Shown here piece after piece: positions 1 to 6,760 of a stretch of DNA of 64,000 nt. Each line of letters starts with the position of its first letter. Positions within the stretch are counted from its first letter, which is position 1. The translations under genes and the position numbers were made by a program. The stretch comes from an uncultured Planctomycetales bacterium (GTDB taxonomy: Bacteria; Omnitrophota; Gorgyraeia; Zapsychrales; Fredricksoniimonadaceae): NCBI GenBank assembly GCA_964520655.1, contig CAZFNI010000007.1:6398-70397 (forward strand). The letters are read 5' to 3'. The notes under the pieces are model-generated. The model searched no databases, was not told where the DNA came from, and saw nothing but the letters and a program-made list of their open reading frames with translations.

Positions 1-361
1 ATATTCCACCCGCATGATTATAGGTGAAGAAGAAATCCTGACGGTAGGTCAAAAACCATAAGCCTCCCAGAAAAGCAGCCGCAGGCGAGAACAGGCGCGC
101 AAGGCAAAGGAAGATCCCTAAGCCGGCGCCGATATTCAGGATGATCTGTCCCAAAAGAATGCTGGGGATGTGCACCCCGAAGAGTTTGAACATCAGCCCG
201 TAATAGTAGGGCATGAGCGGTCCATAGACCCACCAGAAATCTTTGTAGGGCATTTCTCCGCGTAAGACAGCCGCGGCCGCATACAGGTCCCGGCCATGGT
301 CCCCCTGGGCAATGAAACTTTGGAAATTATGGTATGGCCAGCAGATGATGACGCCGGCCAT
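1..361 (-). CDS. Partial CDS (N-terminal ~120 aa; continues beyond window start) of a Family-A-like polytopic membrane protein, a putative GT-C glycosyltransferase. Start codon is the complement of 359..361.
   Basis: Manual minus-strand translation: MAGVIICWPYHNFQSFIAQGDHGRDLYAAAAVLRGEMPYKDFWWVYGPLMPYYYGLMFKLFGVHIPSILLGQIILNIGAGLG... This shares the D-x-G-R-[ED]-[LV]-Y ... YKD[LF] ... G-x-L-x-P-Y-[WY]-x-x-L-[LM]-F-K-[IL]-F-G signature of the + strand paralogs at 4930, 6761, 8576 and 12740. It is absent from the ORF track because there is no in-window stop. Confidence 0.55.
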   Translation of the reverse strand, partial: MAGVIICWPYHNFQSFIAQGDHGRDLYAAAAVLRGEMPYKDFWWVYGPLMPYYYGLMFKLFGVHIPSILLGQIILNIGAGLGIFLCLARLFSPAAAFLGGLWFLTYRQDFFFTYNHAGGI

Positions 362-532
362 AAAAGTGAGAGCGCAAAAAAAGATAAAACGGATGTTAGG
401 GGAGCTAAACACGGGGACATTTTAGTGGGAAAAGCCGGGGGCGTCAAGAAAGCGCTTGCAGAAATAATATGATCCAGCACTTGTTTTATTGTTGGACAGT
501 AGTAAACTTTAATTAGCATTTATAAAAAGATT

Positions 533-2980
533 ATGAAAACGCGCGCTGCCTACATAATGATGGTTATGCTGCTTCTGGGTGCGGGTTTCTTTTTTTGCCG
601 GCCGGCGATCGCGGATATTTATTACGCTGATCCTTCCGGCCATTTTGATGCCAATGCCATGGGGGTCGGCAATACCGTCATCGAAACGCCATCGGCAACA
701 TCAGGGGATTGTTCATCTGAAACATATAGTTCGTGCCGGGCCTCCGCTACTCCCGTAAAATTGAATGTTCCCGCTTTCAATATTGCTGTTGGAACGCAGT
801 GCAAATATATCACCGTTAATAATGGAAAAACAGTTTTTATCCCGGCGAGGACATCCAATGAATGGAAGTCGTTCATGGATTGGGCGGGAAATCCGCTCAG
901 GAATGGCGGGCAAGTGGACCTCCATGGATGCAGCGACGGGATGTGGACGGTGTGGAGCGGGTGTTCTCCGGCCTGCGGACCGCTTGCCGGGACGCAGAAC
1001 CGCCTGTGCGTGTACACCTCCAATTGGAAAGGCAATAATTGCAGCGCGCTGGATGCCTGGGGCAGCTCCAGGGCCTGCGCGGATTATTCCACCTGTGTTT
1101 GCGCGGCGAAAGACGCCAATTCGACATTTTGCGCCGGATCCGACAGCGGCTTTACGGCCATGCCGCCGCCCGTCACCTATGTTAATTTAGGTGGCTGCGA
1201 CGGGACAAAGTGCCAGGCGGCCTGTGTGGCGAATTATCACACCATCGCAGGCGGCTGCGCGATCAATACCTGCGCGCCCCTGACGGCTAATGCGACGGCA
1301 TGTAATGCCCTGACGCCTCCTGCGCATAATCAAAGCTATACGCTTGTCGCCGCTTGTTCGGCCAGCCCCTGTTTGGCCACCTGCAACAGCGGATATTTTA
1401 GAGACGGTGCGGTTTGTAATATTACCCCAGTTTGCGGCGCCAGCCCGAATACTTGCAGTGCCGGGGCACCTTCAGGTTATGACGGTCCCAAAGCCTGCGG
1501 CGGCAGTGTAGAGAATTGGACGTGCAGCAGCGGTTCGGCTTCGATCGCTTGTACCAGCACAACAGCGGCCTGTCCGTCTTGCGGCGGTTCTGCTAACACT
1601 TGCGCTGTGGGATCACCGACATCCTATAACGCGGATGTTTGCGGCGGGACATCAACATGGACATGCGTCAGTGGTGCATTTTCACTAGGGTGCAGCAAGG
1701 CCAATGCCGCGTGTCCGACCTGCGGCGGCAGCAATAATACTTGCGGCGTGGGATCACCGGCGGGGTATAGTGCCGGGGTGTGCGGCGGGTCCGCCACTTG
1801 GAATTGTAATAATGGAGGTTATACTCAAGCCTGCAGCAATGGGAATGCTGCCTGTCCGATATGCGGGGCCAGCAATAATACCTGCAACTTGGGAAGTCCG
1901 TCGGGATATAGTGCCGGCGTATGTGATGGCTCTTCCTCCTGGACGTGCAGTAACGGGGGGTATAATACTAGTTGCGGTAACCCGAATCCTGCCAATCCGA
2001 CCTGCGGGGGCAGCAATAATACCTGCGGTATAGGAACGCCGTCGGGATATGCTCTTGGTGCCTGCGGCGGGTCAGCGACATGGACATGTTCCAATGCAAC
2101 GTGTACTCCTAAAGCATGTAGCAATCCCAACCCTGCCGTCCCGACTTGCGGAGGCAGCTCGAATACATGTGGGATTGGAACCCCATCGGGGTATAGTGCA
2201 GGCGGATGCGGCGGGTCAGCTACATGGTCTTGTGATAATTCATGGTGTTCATCGCAGTCTTGCAGTAATCCGAACGCGGCTTGTCCCGTTTGCGGCGGCA
2301 GTGCCAATACCTGTTCGACAGGTTCACCATCGGGGTATGATGGTCCAAAAGCATGCGGAGGACTTACGGAGAATTGGACGTGCACAAACGGCGGTAGTTC
2401 AACGGGCTGTACGAAAGTCACAGGGGCCTGCGCGGGATGCACGTTTAGCGGAACCTGGGGAGGTGGATGCTCGGGTTCAACATCCGCGGCGCATGGTGCG
2501 ACGGGGACTGCGACGGATAGCACCGGATCGGAAACTGGTTGGATCTCGGCAACGTGCAACAATGGGACATGGACCGGAGTCTCTTCCTACTGCCAGGGGC
2601 CCTATACATTGGGGGCGTATGGCAGCTGTTCGCCATGCCGGACACGCAGTCTGGGTGGCGGATCGGAAGGGACACGCTCGCGCTCCGTAACATGCTCTTA
2701 TGACGCGTGCACGGGCGATAATACAAGCATCCAATGCTGTATTGCTTCTGATTGTCCGGTTACGTGCGGCGATGGGTCCTGCAATGGGGAAACGATCGCT
2801 GGTTGCCCAGCAGATTGCGGTTATTATTATTGCGGCGATGGCAGTTGCAATGCCCCGGAGAACCCCGGCAATTGCCTTGGCGATTGTCCGACAAGTTGTG
2901 GTGACGGATATTGCGTGGGTAGTGAAGTTTGTGATGGCTGTATCGCTGATTGCGGAGCATGTCCGCCTCCTCCAGATTAA
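533..2980 (+). CDS. Secreted Cys-rich multi-repeat protein (815 aa). It has an N-terminal signal peptide, a thrombospondin-type-1-like module, about 8 tandem ~45-aa Cys-rich repeats and a C-terminal CGDGxC Cys-rich tail.
   Basis: Hydrophobic N-terminus MMVMLLLGAGFFF. TSR-like segment WTVWSGCSPACGPLAGTQNRLCVY (W-x-x-WS-x-CS-x-x-CG ... R-x-C). Repeats of the form CP-x-CGGS-x-NTC-x-x-GSPSGY-x-x-G-x-CGGS-x-TW-x-C. N-terminal region is paralogous to the next gene (CKYITVNNGKT[VL]FIPA). Confidence 0.8.
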   Translation: MKTRAAYIMMVMLLLGAGFFFCRPAIADIYYADPSGHFDANAMGVGNTVIETPSATSGDCSSETYSSCRASATPVKLNVPAFNIAVGTQCKYITVNNGKTVFIPARTSNEWKSFMDWAGNPLRNGGQVDLHGCSDGMWTVWSGCSPACGPLAGTQNRLCVYTSNWKGNNCSALDAWGSSRACADYSTCVCAAKDANSTFCAGSDSGFTAMPPPVTYVNLGGCDGTKCQAACVANYHTIAGGCAINTCAPLTANATACNALTPPAHNQSYTLVAACSASPCLATCNSGYFRDGAVCNITPVCGASPNTCSAGAPSGYDGPKACGGSVENWTCSSGSASIACTSTTAACPSCGGSANTCAVGSPTSYNADVCGGTSTWTCVSGAFSLGCSKANAACPTCGGSNNTCGVGSPAGYSAGVCGGSATWNCNNGGYTQACSNGNAACPICGASNNTCNLGSPSGYSAGVCDGSSSWTCSNGGYNTSCGNPNPANPTCGGSNNTCGIGTPSGYALGACGGSATWTCSNATCTPKACSNPNPAVPTCGGSSNTCGIGTPSGYSAGGCGGSATWSCDNSWCSSQSCSNPNAACPVCGGSANTCSTGSPSGYDGPKACGGLTENWTCTNGGSSTGCTKVTGACAGCTFSGTWGGGCSGSTSAAHGATGTATDSTGSETGWISATCNNGTWTGVSSYCQGPYTLGAYGSCSPCRTRSLGGGSEGTRSRSVTCSYDACTGDNTSIQCCIASDCPVTCGDGSCNGETIAGCPADCGYYYCGDGSCNAPENPGNCLGDCPTSCGDGYCVGSEVCDGCIADCGACPPPPD
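1424..2453 (+). repeat. About 8 tandem, protein-level-conserved ~135-nt (45-aa) Cys-rich repeat units inside CDS 533..2980.
   Basis: The translated motif C-P-x-C-G-G-S-x-N-T-C-x-x-G-S-P-S-G-Y ... C-G-G-S-x-T-W-x-C recurs 8 times. The DNA copies have diverged, so this is not a recent duplication. Confidence 0.6.
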
Positions 2981-3138
2981 GGATTTTCAGTTATTAGATC
3001 CCATCAATTATTTTTGATAACCATGTTGTTCTGGGTAGAACGAATGTATGTCTCTGCTGTTCTGGTTAAAAAGGCGTGATCAATTTTTAAAGTTTATAAA
3101 AGAAAGCGTTTGCCTAAAAAGTGGATTTGAGCCTTGAT

Positions 3139-3159
3139 TTTAGACTAGGAAGGTCTAAA
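3139..3159 (+). promoter_or_regulatory. Inverted repeat TTTAGAC-N7-GTCTAAA immediately upstream of the RBS of the second Cys-rich gene. Possible operator or promoter-proximal element.
   Basis: Perfect 7-bp inverted repeat read directly from the sequence, in an AT-rich 185-nt intergenic region, 12-20 nt upstream of AGGAG. Confidence 0.3.
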
Positions 3160-3180
3160 CTTTAAGTGCTAGGAGAAAAA

Positions 3181-4887
3181 ATGACAATGCGCACAATCAC
3201 AGTTTTATTAGTCATGCTGTTTTTGAGCGCGGCTGTTTTTTTTGTCAAAGACCTTCAGGCAACAATTATCTACGGCGACGATTCTCTGAATGCCCATACA
3301 GTTGAAGGTGACAGTGAAACCACGAGTACAGCTCCCGGCGCCGATCCTGAGCAAAACCCGACAGGGGACTGCTCACAGAATCCCAATAAATCCTGCAAAG
3401 CTTCAGCGACCCCGACAAAATTAGATTCTTGGGGAACGCCGTGCAAGTACATCACGGTCAATAATGGCAAGACTTTATTTATCCCCGCCAAGAGCATGGG
3501 GGAATGGAATAATTTTCTTTCCTGGGCATCAAGCAATAATGGGGGGACGGTTTCCTTAAATGATTGTGTCGACGGAACATGGTCAGGGTGGGGCGCTTGT
3601 GTGCCTAGTACCTGCGGCTTCGGTACAGAAACGCGGACCTGTGTGTATGCAAGTCCCTATAAAGGGAAAGACTGTAGTTTGCTTGATGGGGGCAACAGCA
3701 CCCGGCCATGCACAGATTATACGCTATGCACCTGCGGTTCAAATGATGCGAATTCATCGTTCTGTGCCGGCCAGGACATTAATTTCACGGCCATGCCTCC
3801 GCCAACGACATATGTGGAAGCTGGCGGTTGCGACGCGTCAACCAAATGCCAGGCGCAGTGCGGGGCGGCATATCATGTGATACCGGGCGGCTGCGCGTTG
3901 ACAACATATACCGGGACATATCCGGCGTGTCCATCCGGATGCGGGTATATGGGAGGCCCTGTGGCACCTTTAACGTGCACTCGCGATCATGATGGGGCCT
4001 CTGTGGCGGGCGCTTTTTGTGGCAATCAAAGTTGTCCGACAACAGCGCCGTGCTGTGCTGGCGTCATTGATTGTTTCGGCGTGTGCAACGGTGGCGCGGT
4101 CACTGATTGTGCGGGGACTTGCGGCGGCAGTGCGGTCACCGATTGCAACGGTGTTTGCGGTGGCGGTGCGCAGATTGATGTTTGCGGTGTCTGCGGCGGT
4201 AGCGGGAATACCTGTCCATGCGTGGGGGCAACGCCGTGCGGCAGCCCGGGGGCGTGTTATGCGGCGGATGCATGCGGCGTGTGCGGCGGTCCAGGGCCGG
4301 GTTGTACACCAAGTGCTCCGGTATGCGGGGCGCCTAATGTCACGGTATGCAGTCAATGTACAGATGGCTGCGGGATCACCTATGTGGATTGTAATGGATG
4401 TCTTGCTGAACCAGAGCCATGTTCAGGAGCAACGCCGTGCGGCAGCCCGGGGGCATGCTATGCGGCTGATGCGTGCGGTGTGTGCGGAGGGGATGGTTCA
4501 TCATGCGCGCCACCGCCTTGTGTCTATGATTGCAATGGCGTTTGCAACGGCGGCGCGGTCGTGGATAACTGTGGAGTTTGTGGTGGACCTGGTGGCTGTG
4601 GGGGCTGCGCGGGGACAGTGGATTGCAATGGTGTGTGCAATGGCGGCGCGGTCGTGGATAACTGCGGAGTTTGCGGTGGACCTGGTGGCTGCGGGGGTTG
4701 CGCGGGTACAGTGGATTGCAATGGTGTTTGTAACGGCGGCGCGGTCGTAGATGCCTGCGGTCAGTGCGGTGGAGACGGCAGCAGCTGTTGTGCCGGAGGA
4801 TCATTTGATTGCAATGGTGTCTGCAACGGTGGGGCGGTCTTAGATAATTGCGGCGTCTGCGGCGGCTCAGGCGGATGTGGGTATTGA
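3181..4887 (+). CDS. Secreted Cys-rich repeat protein. It has a signal peptide, a TSR-like module and ADAMTS-like CGVCGG repeats. The ORF track starts it at a GTG (3166); the ATG at 3181 with an AGGAG RBS is preferred.
   Basis: MTMRTITVLLVMLFLSAAVFF signal peptide. WSGWGACVPSTCGFGTETRTCVY fits the TSR1 consensus. Repeated D-C-N-G-V-C-N-G-G-A-V-x-D-x-C-G-V-C-G-G-[PD]-G units. N-terminal domain is paralogous to gene 533..2980. Confidence 0.8.
   Translation: MTMRTITVLLVMLFLSAAVFFVKDLQATIIYGDDSLNAHTVEGDSETTSTAPGADPEQNPTGDCSQNPNKSCKASATPTKLDSWGTPCKYITVNNGKTLFIPAKSMGEWNNFLSWASSNNGGTVSLNDCVDGTWSGWGACVPSTCGFGTETRTCVYASPYKGKDCSLLDGGNSTRPCTDYTLCTCGSNDANSSFCAGQDINFTAMPPPTTYVEAGGCDASTKCQAQCGAAYHVIPGGCALTTYTGTYPACPSGCGYMGGPVAPLTCTRDHDGASVAGAFCGNQSCPTTAPCCAGVIDCFGVCNGGAVTDCAGTCGGSAVTDCNGVCGGGAQIDVCGVCGGSGNTCPCVGATPCGSPGACYAADACGVCGGPGPGCTPSAPVCGAPNVTVCSQCTDGCGITYVDCNGCLAEPEPCSGATPCGSPGACYAADACGVCGGDGSSCAPPPCVYDCNGVCNGGAVVDNCGVCGGPGGCGGCAGTVDCNGVCNGGAVVDNCGVCGGPGGCGGCAGTVDCNGVCNGGAVVDACGQCGGDGSSCCAGGSFDCNGVCNGGAVLDNCGVCGGSGGCGY
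4528..4881 (+). repeat. Tandem 93-nt in-frame repeats (about 3.8 copies; copies 1 and 2 are ~90% identical) encoding the DCNGVCNGGAVVDNCGVCGGPGGCGGCAGTV units.
   Basis: Units start at 4528, 4621, 4714 and about 4804. Copies 1-2 differ at only a few wobble positions. A separate ~65-nt direct repeat occurs at 4231..4295 and 4429..4493 (ATPCGSPGACYAADACGVCGG). Confidence 0.85.
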
Positions 4888-4929
4888 TATCTATTGAATC
4901 CATTTTAGCATTGATATCGCTTTAAATAT

Positions 4930-6756
4930 GTGCAGAATAAAAGCATGTCCGTGCGCAGAAAAGATGTCCTCATTGACGGCTTTTTCCTGTCGATCTTCCT
5001 TCTAATCTTCGTATCCTTCACCTGGGGCAAATGGATCCATCCGATCGTTGATTTCGGCCGAGAGGTTTATATCCCCTGGGCGATCGATCAGGGGGCCGTT
5101 CTCTACAAAGACCTGGCATTTCTTTTCGGTGCCTTGCCTCCTTACTGGAATGCTCTGCTATTTAAGATCTTTGGCGCGTCTTTGCAGACGATCCATGTTG
5201 TGGATGTGTTGGTAGTTTTTCTTTGCGCCGCATTGATCTATCGTTTTTTCTACTGCACCATGAACCGCTTGACAGCCTTCATGGTCACCCTCTCTTTTCT
5301 TATCCTGTTTGTCATGGATTTTTATTATTATGAATCCAATATGGCGTTTTTATCGCCATTCACGCACAGTTATTTTTACGCGTTCCTTTTTGTATTAGCG
5401 GCGGTCAATATCTGGCAATGTTTTCTCATGCGTCCAAGCAGGGCCTGGATATTTTTTTTAGGGATTTGCGTCGGCGGGGTTGTTGTATCACGGCTGGAGA
5501 TCGCGGCAGCATTCTTCGTGGCATTGTTGATCGGGTTTGCCTTTTATCTCCAGCGGTTAAAACCAGGATCACGGCAAACGCTGTATTATATGGGGTGTTT
5601 TATCGGGGGATTATTGACCCCGATCGCTTTGTTCTGGGCGTATTTCTTAATGTATTTACCGCCCTTACCCGCGTTTCTTTCCATCATTGGGTATAATCCT
5701 CAATGGCGTGAGGTAGGGGATCTGTATTTTTATCAATTCTTGGGAGGGTGGAACAACTGGGAGTTAAATGTGCTCTGGATGATCCGCAATTTGCTGGTTT
5801 ATGCGGCGCTGTATGCTTCATTTCATCTGATGCTGATCGCTCGTTTAAGCTTCAGTAAGAAAGAATGGCTGAAAGGTGTTTTCTCCTTCGCGATCTTTTG
5901 TATGGTCTACGGTGGGGTCGCGTTCTATATCAGTGATATATATGCCCGGGGTGTGTTTCGAGGCGCGATCCCGGTAGTGGCGGCGTTGATCGGGATCAGC
6001 CTGTTCAATATTTGCCAGAACAAAGAATGTGCCTGCCGCGACAGGCATTTGTCAATTGTGGTTTTGGCTGTCTTCGCGTTCTTGCTGATGTTCAAGGTCC
6101 CATTACAGTTGACCTTGCAGGACTATGCGCTGATCTACGGGATGTTTGGGGTGTTGATGTTCGTTGCCGGATGTGTGTATTATCTGCCGGAAAGATATCA
6201 ACAGTATCCAGGCGGGAGGAATTGGGTTGCGTTATTAGTTTGCGCGCTGCTGGTGCTGGTCATGGTGCGCGTCGGGATCGTTTCATGGGGAGGGTTATCC
6301 AGCAAGAAAACACTGGTTGGGAGAGGGGAAAATGTGCTATGGACGTTTGATAGTCCCGCGCCTTTTGGTTCCGGCGGCAGCGTGAAAAGTTTTCTGGACT
6401 GGTCCCGGGAACACTTTGCCCCTGAAGATACGTTTGTTGTTTTGCCGGAAGGAATAATGCTCAACTTTTTGACGGGGCATCGGATCACCGGCCGGCATGT
6501 CACATATATGCCGGCGGAAGTAACGACTTTTGGTGAAGCCAGCATGCTTCAAGAACTAAAAATGTCCCCGCCGGATTATGTGGTGGTTGTCGTCAAGCAG
6601 ACAAATGCCTATGGAGGACTGGACCTGGGCGTGAATTATTTAAATGATGTGTATAGATGGGTAAAGGATAACTATACCGTAGTATGGAGGTCGGGGAGCA
6701 AGAAGAAAGATAGTTTCCTGATGTCAGTGTATCAGAAAAAAGAGCGGAAGAGGTAG
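4930..6756 (+). CDS. Family A-1: polytopic membrane protein, putative GT-C-fold glycosyltransferase (ArnT/PMT-like first-loop motif), with a ~150-aa conserved C-terminal non-membrane domain.
   Basis: 608 aa with many hydrophobic helices. GKWIHPIVDFGREVYIPWAIDQGAVLYKDLAFLFGALPPYWNALLFKIFG resembles ArnT DE-x-RYAE ... YFEKP ... YW. C-terminal motif VVLPEGIMLNFLTGHRITGRHVTYMPAE is shared with the three paralogs. Confidence 0.75.
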   Translation: MQNKSMSVRRKDVLIDGFFLSIFLLIFVSFTWGKWIHPIVDFGREVYIPWAIDQGAVLYKDLAFLFGALPPYWNALLFKIFGASLQTIHVVDVLVVFLCAALIYRFFYCTMNRLTAFMVTLSFLILFVMDFYYYESNMAFLSPFTHSYFYAFLFVLAAVNIWQCFLMRPSRAWIFFLGICVGGVVVSRLEIAAAFFVALLIGFAFYLQRLKPGSRQTLYYMGCFIGGLLTPIALFWAYFLMYLPPLPAFLSIIGYNPQWREVGDLYFYQFLGGWNNWELNVLWMIRNLLVYAALYASFHLMLIARLSFSKKEWLKGVFSFAIFCMVYGGVAFYISDIYARGVFRGAIPVVAALIGISLFNICQNKECACRDRHLSIVVLAVFAFLLMFKVPLQLTLQDYALIYGMFGVLMFVAGCVYYLPERYQQYPGGRNWVALLVCALLVLVMVRVGIVSWGGLSSKKTLVGRGENVLWTFDSPAPFGSGGSVKSFLDWSREHFAPEDTFVVLPEGIMLNFLTGHRITGRHVTYMPAEVTTFGEASMLQELKMSPPDYVVVVVKQTNAYGGLDLGVNYLNDVYRWVKDNYTVVWRSGSKKKDSFLMSVYQKKERKR

Positions 6757-6760
6757 GCCC

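Noticed and set aside
18-519. Minus-strand ORFs 18..233 and 193..519 from the ORF track.
   Set aside because: The wrong frames. Manual translation of a different minus frame across 1..361 gives a clear Family-A paralog N-terminus, which these ORFs overlap.
1825-2562. 245-aa minus-strand ORF, Pro/Gln/Val-rich with PPQVG-type repeats, inside the first Cys-rich gene. Also the + strand ORFs 765..1190, 1704..2033 and 2049..2690 and the minus ORFs 622..1035 and 897..1127.
   Set aside because: They are alternative-frame or antisense read-throughs of a GC-rich repeated coding region. The repeat periodicity they show simply mirrors the sense-strand Cys-rich repeats, and the sense frame has the signal peptide and conserved paralog.
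3989-4750. 253-aa + strand Ala/Arg/Val-rich ORF, and the minus ORFs 3970..4356, 4376..4903 (Arg/His/Pro-rich) and 4524..4721, inside the second Cys-rich gene.
   Set aside because: They are out-of-frame or antisense artefacts of the GGC/TGC-rich tandem repeats and have low-complexity composition. The sense frame carries the TSR-like module and CGVCGG repeats.
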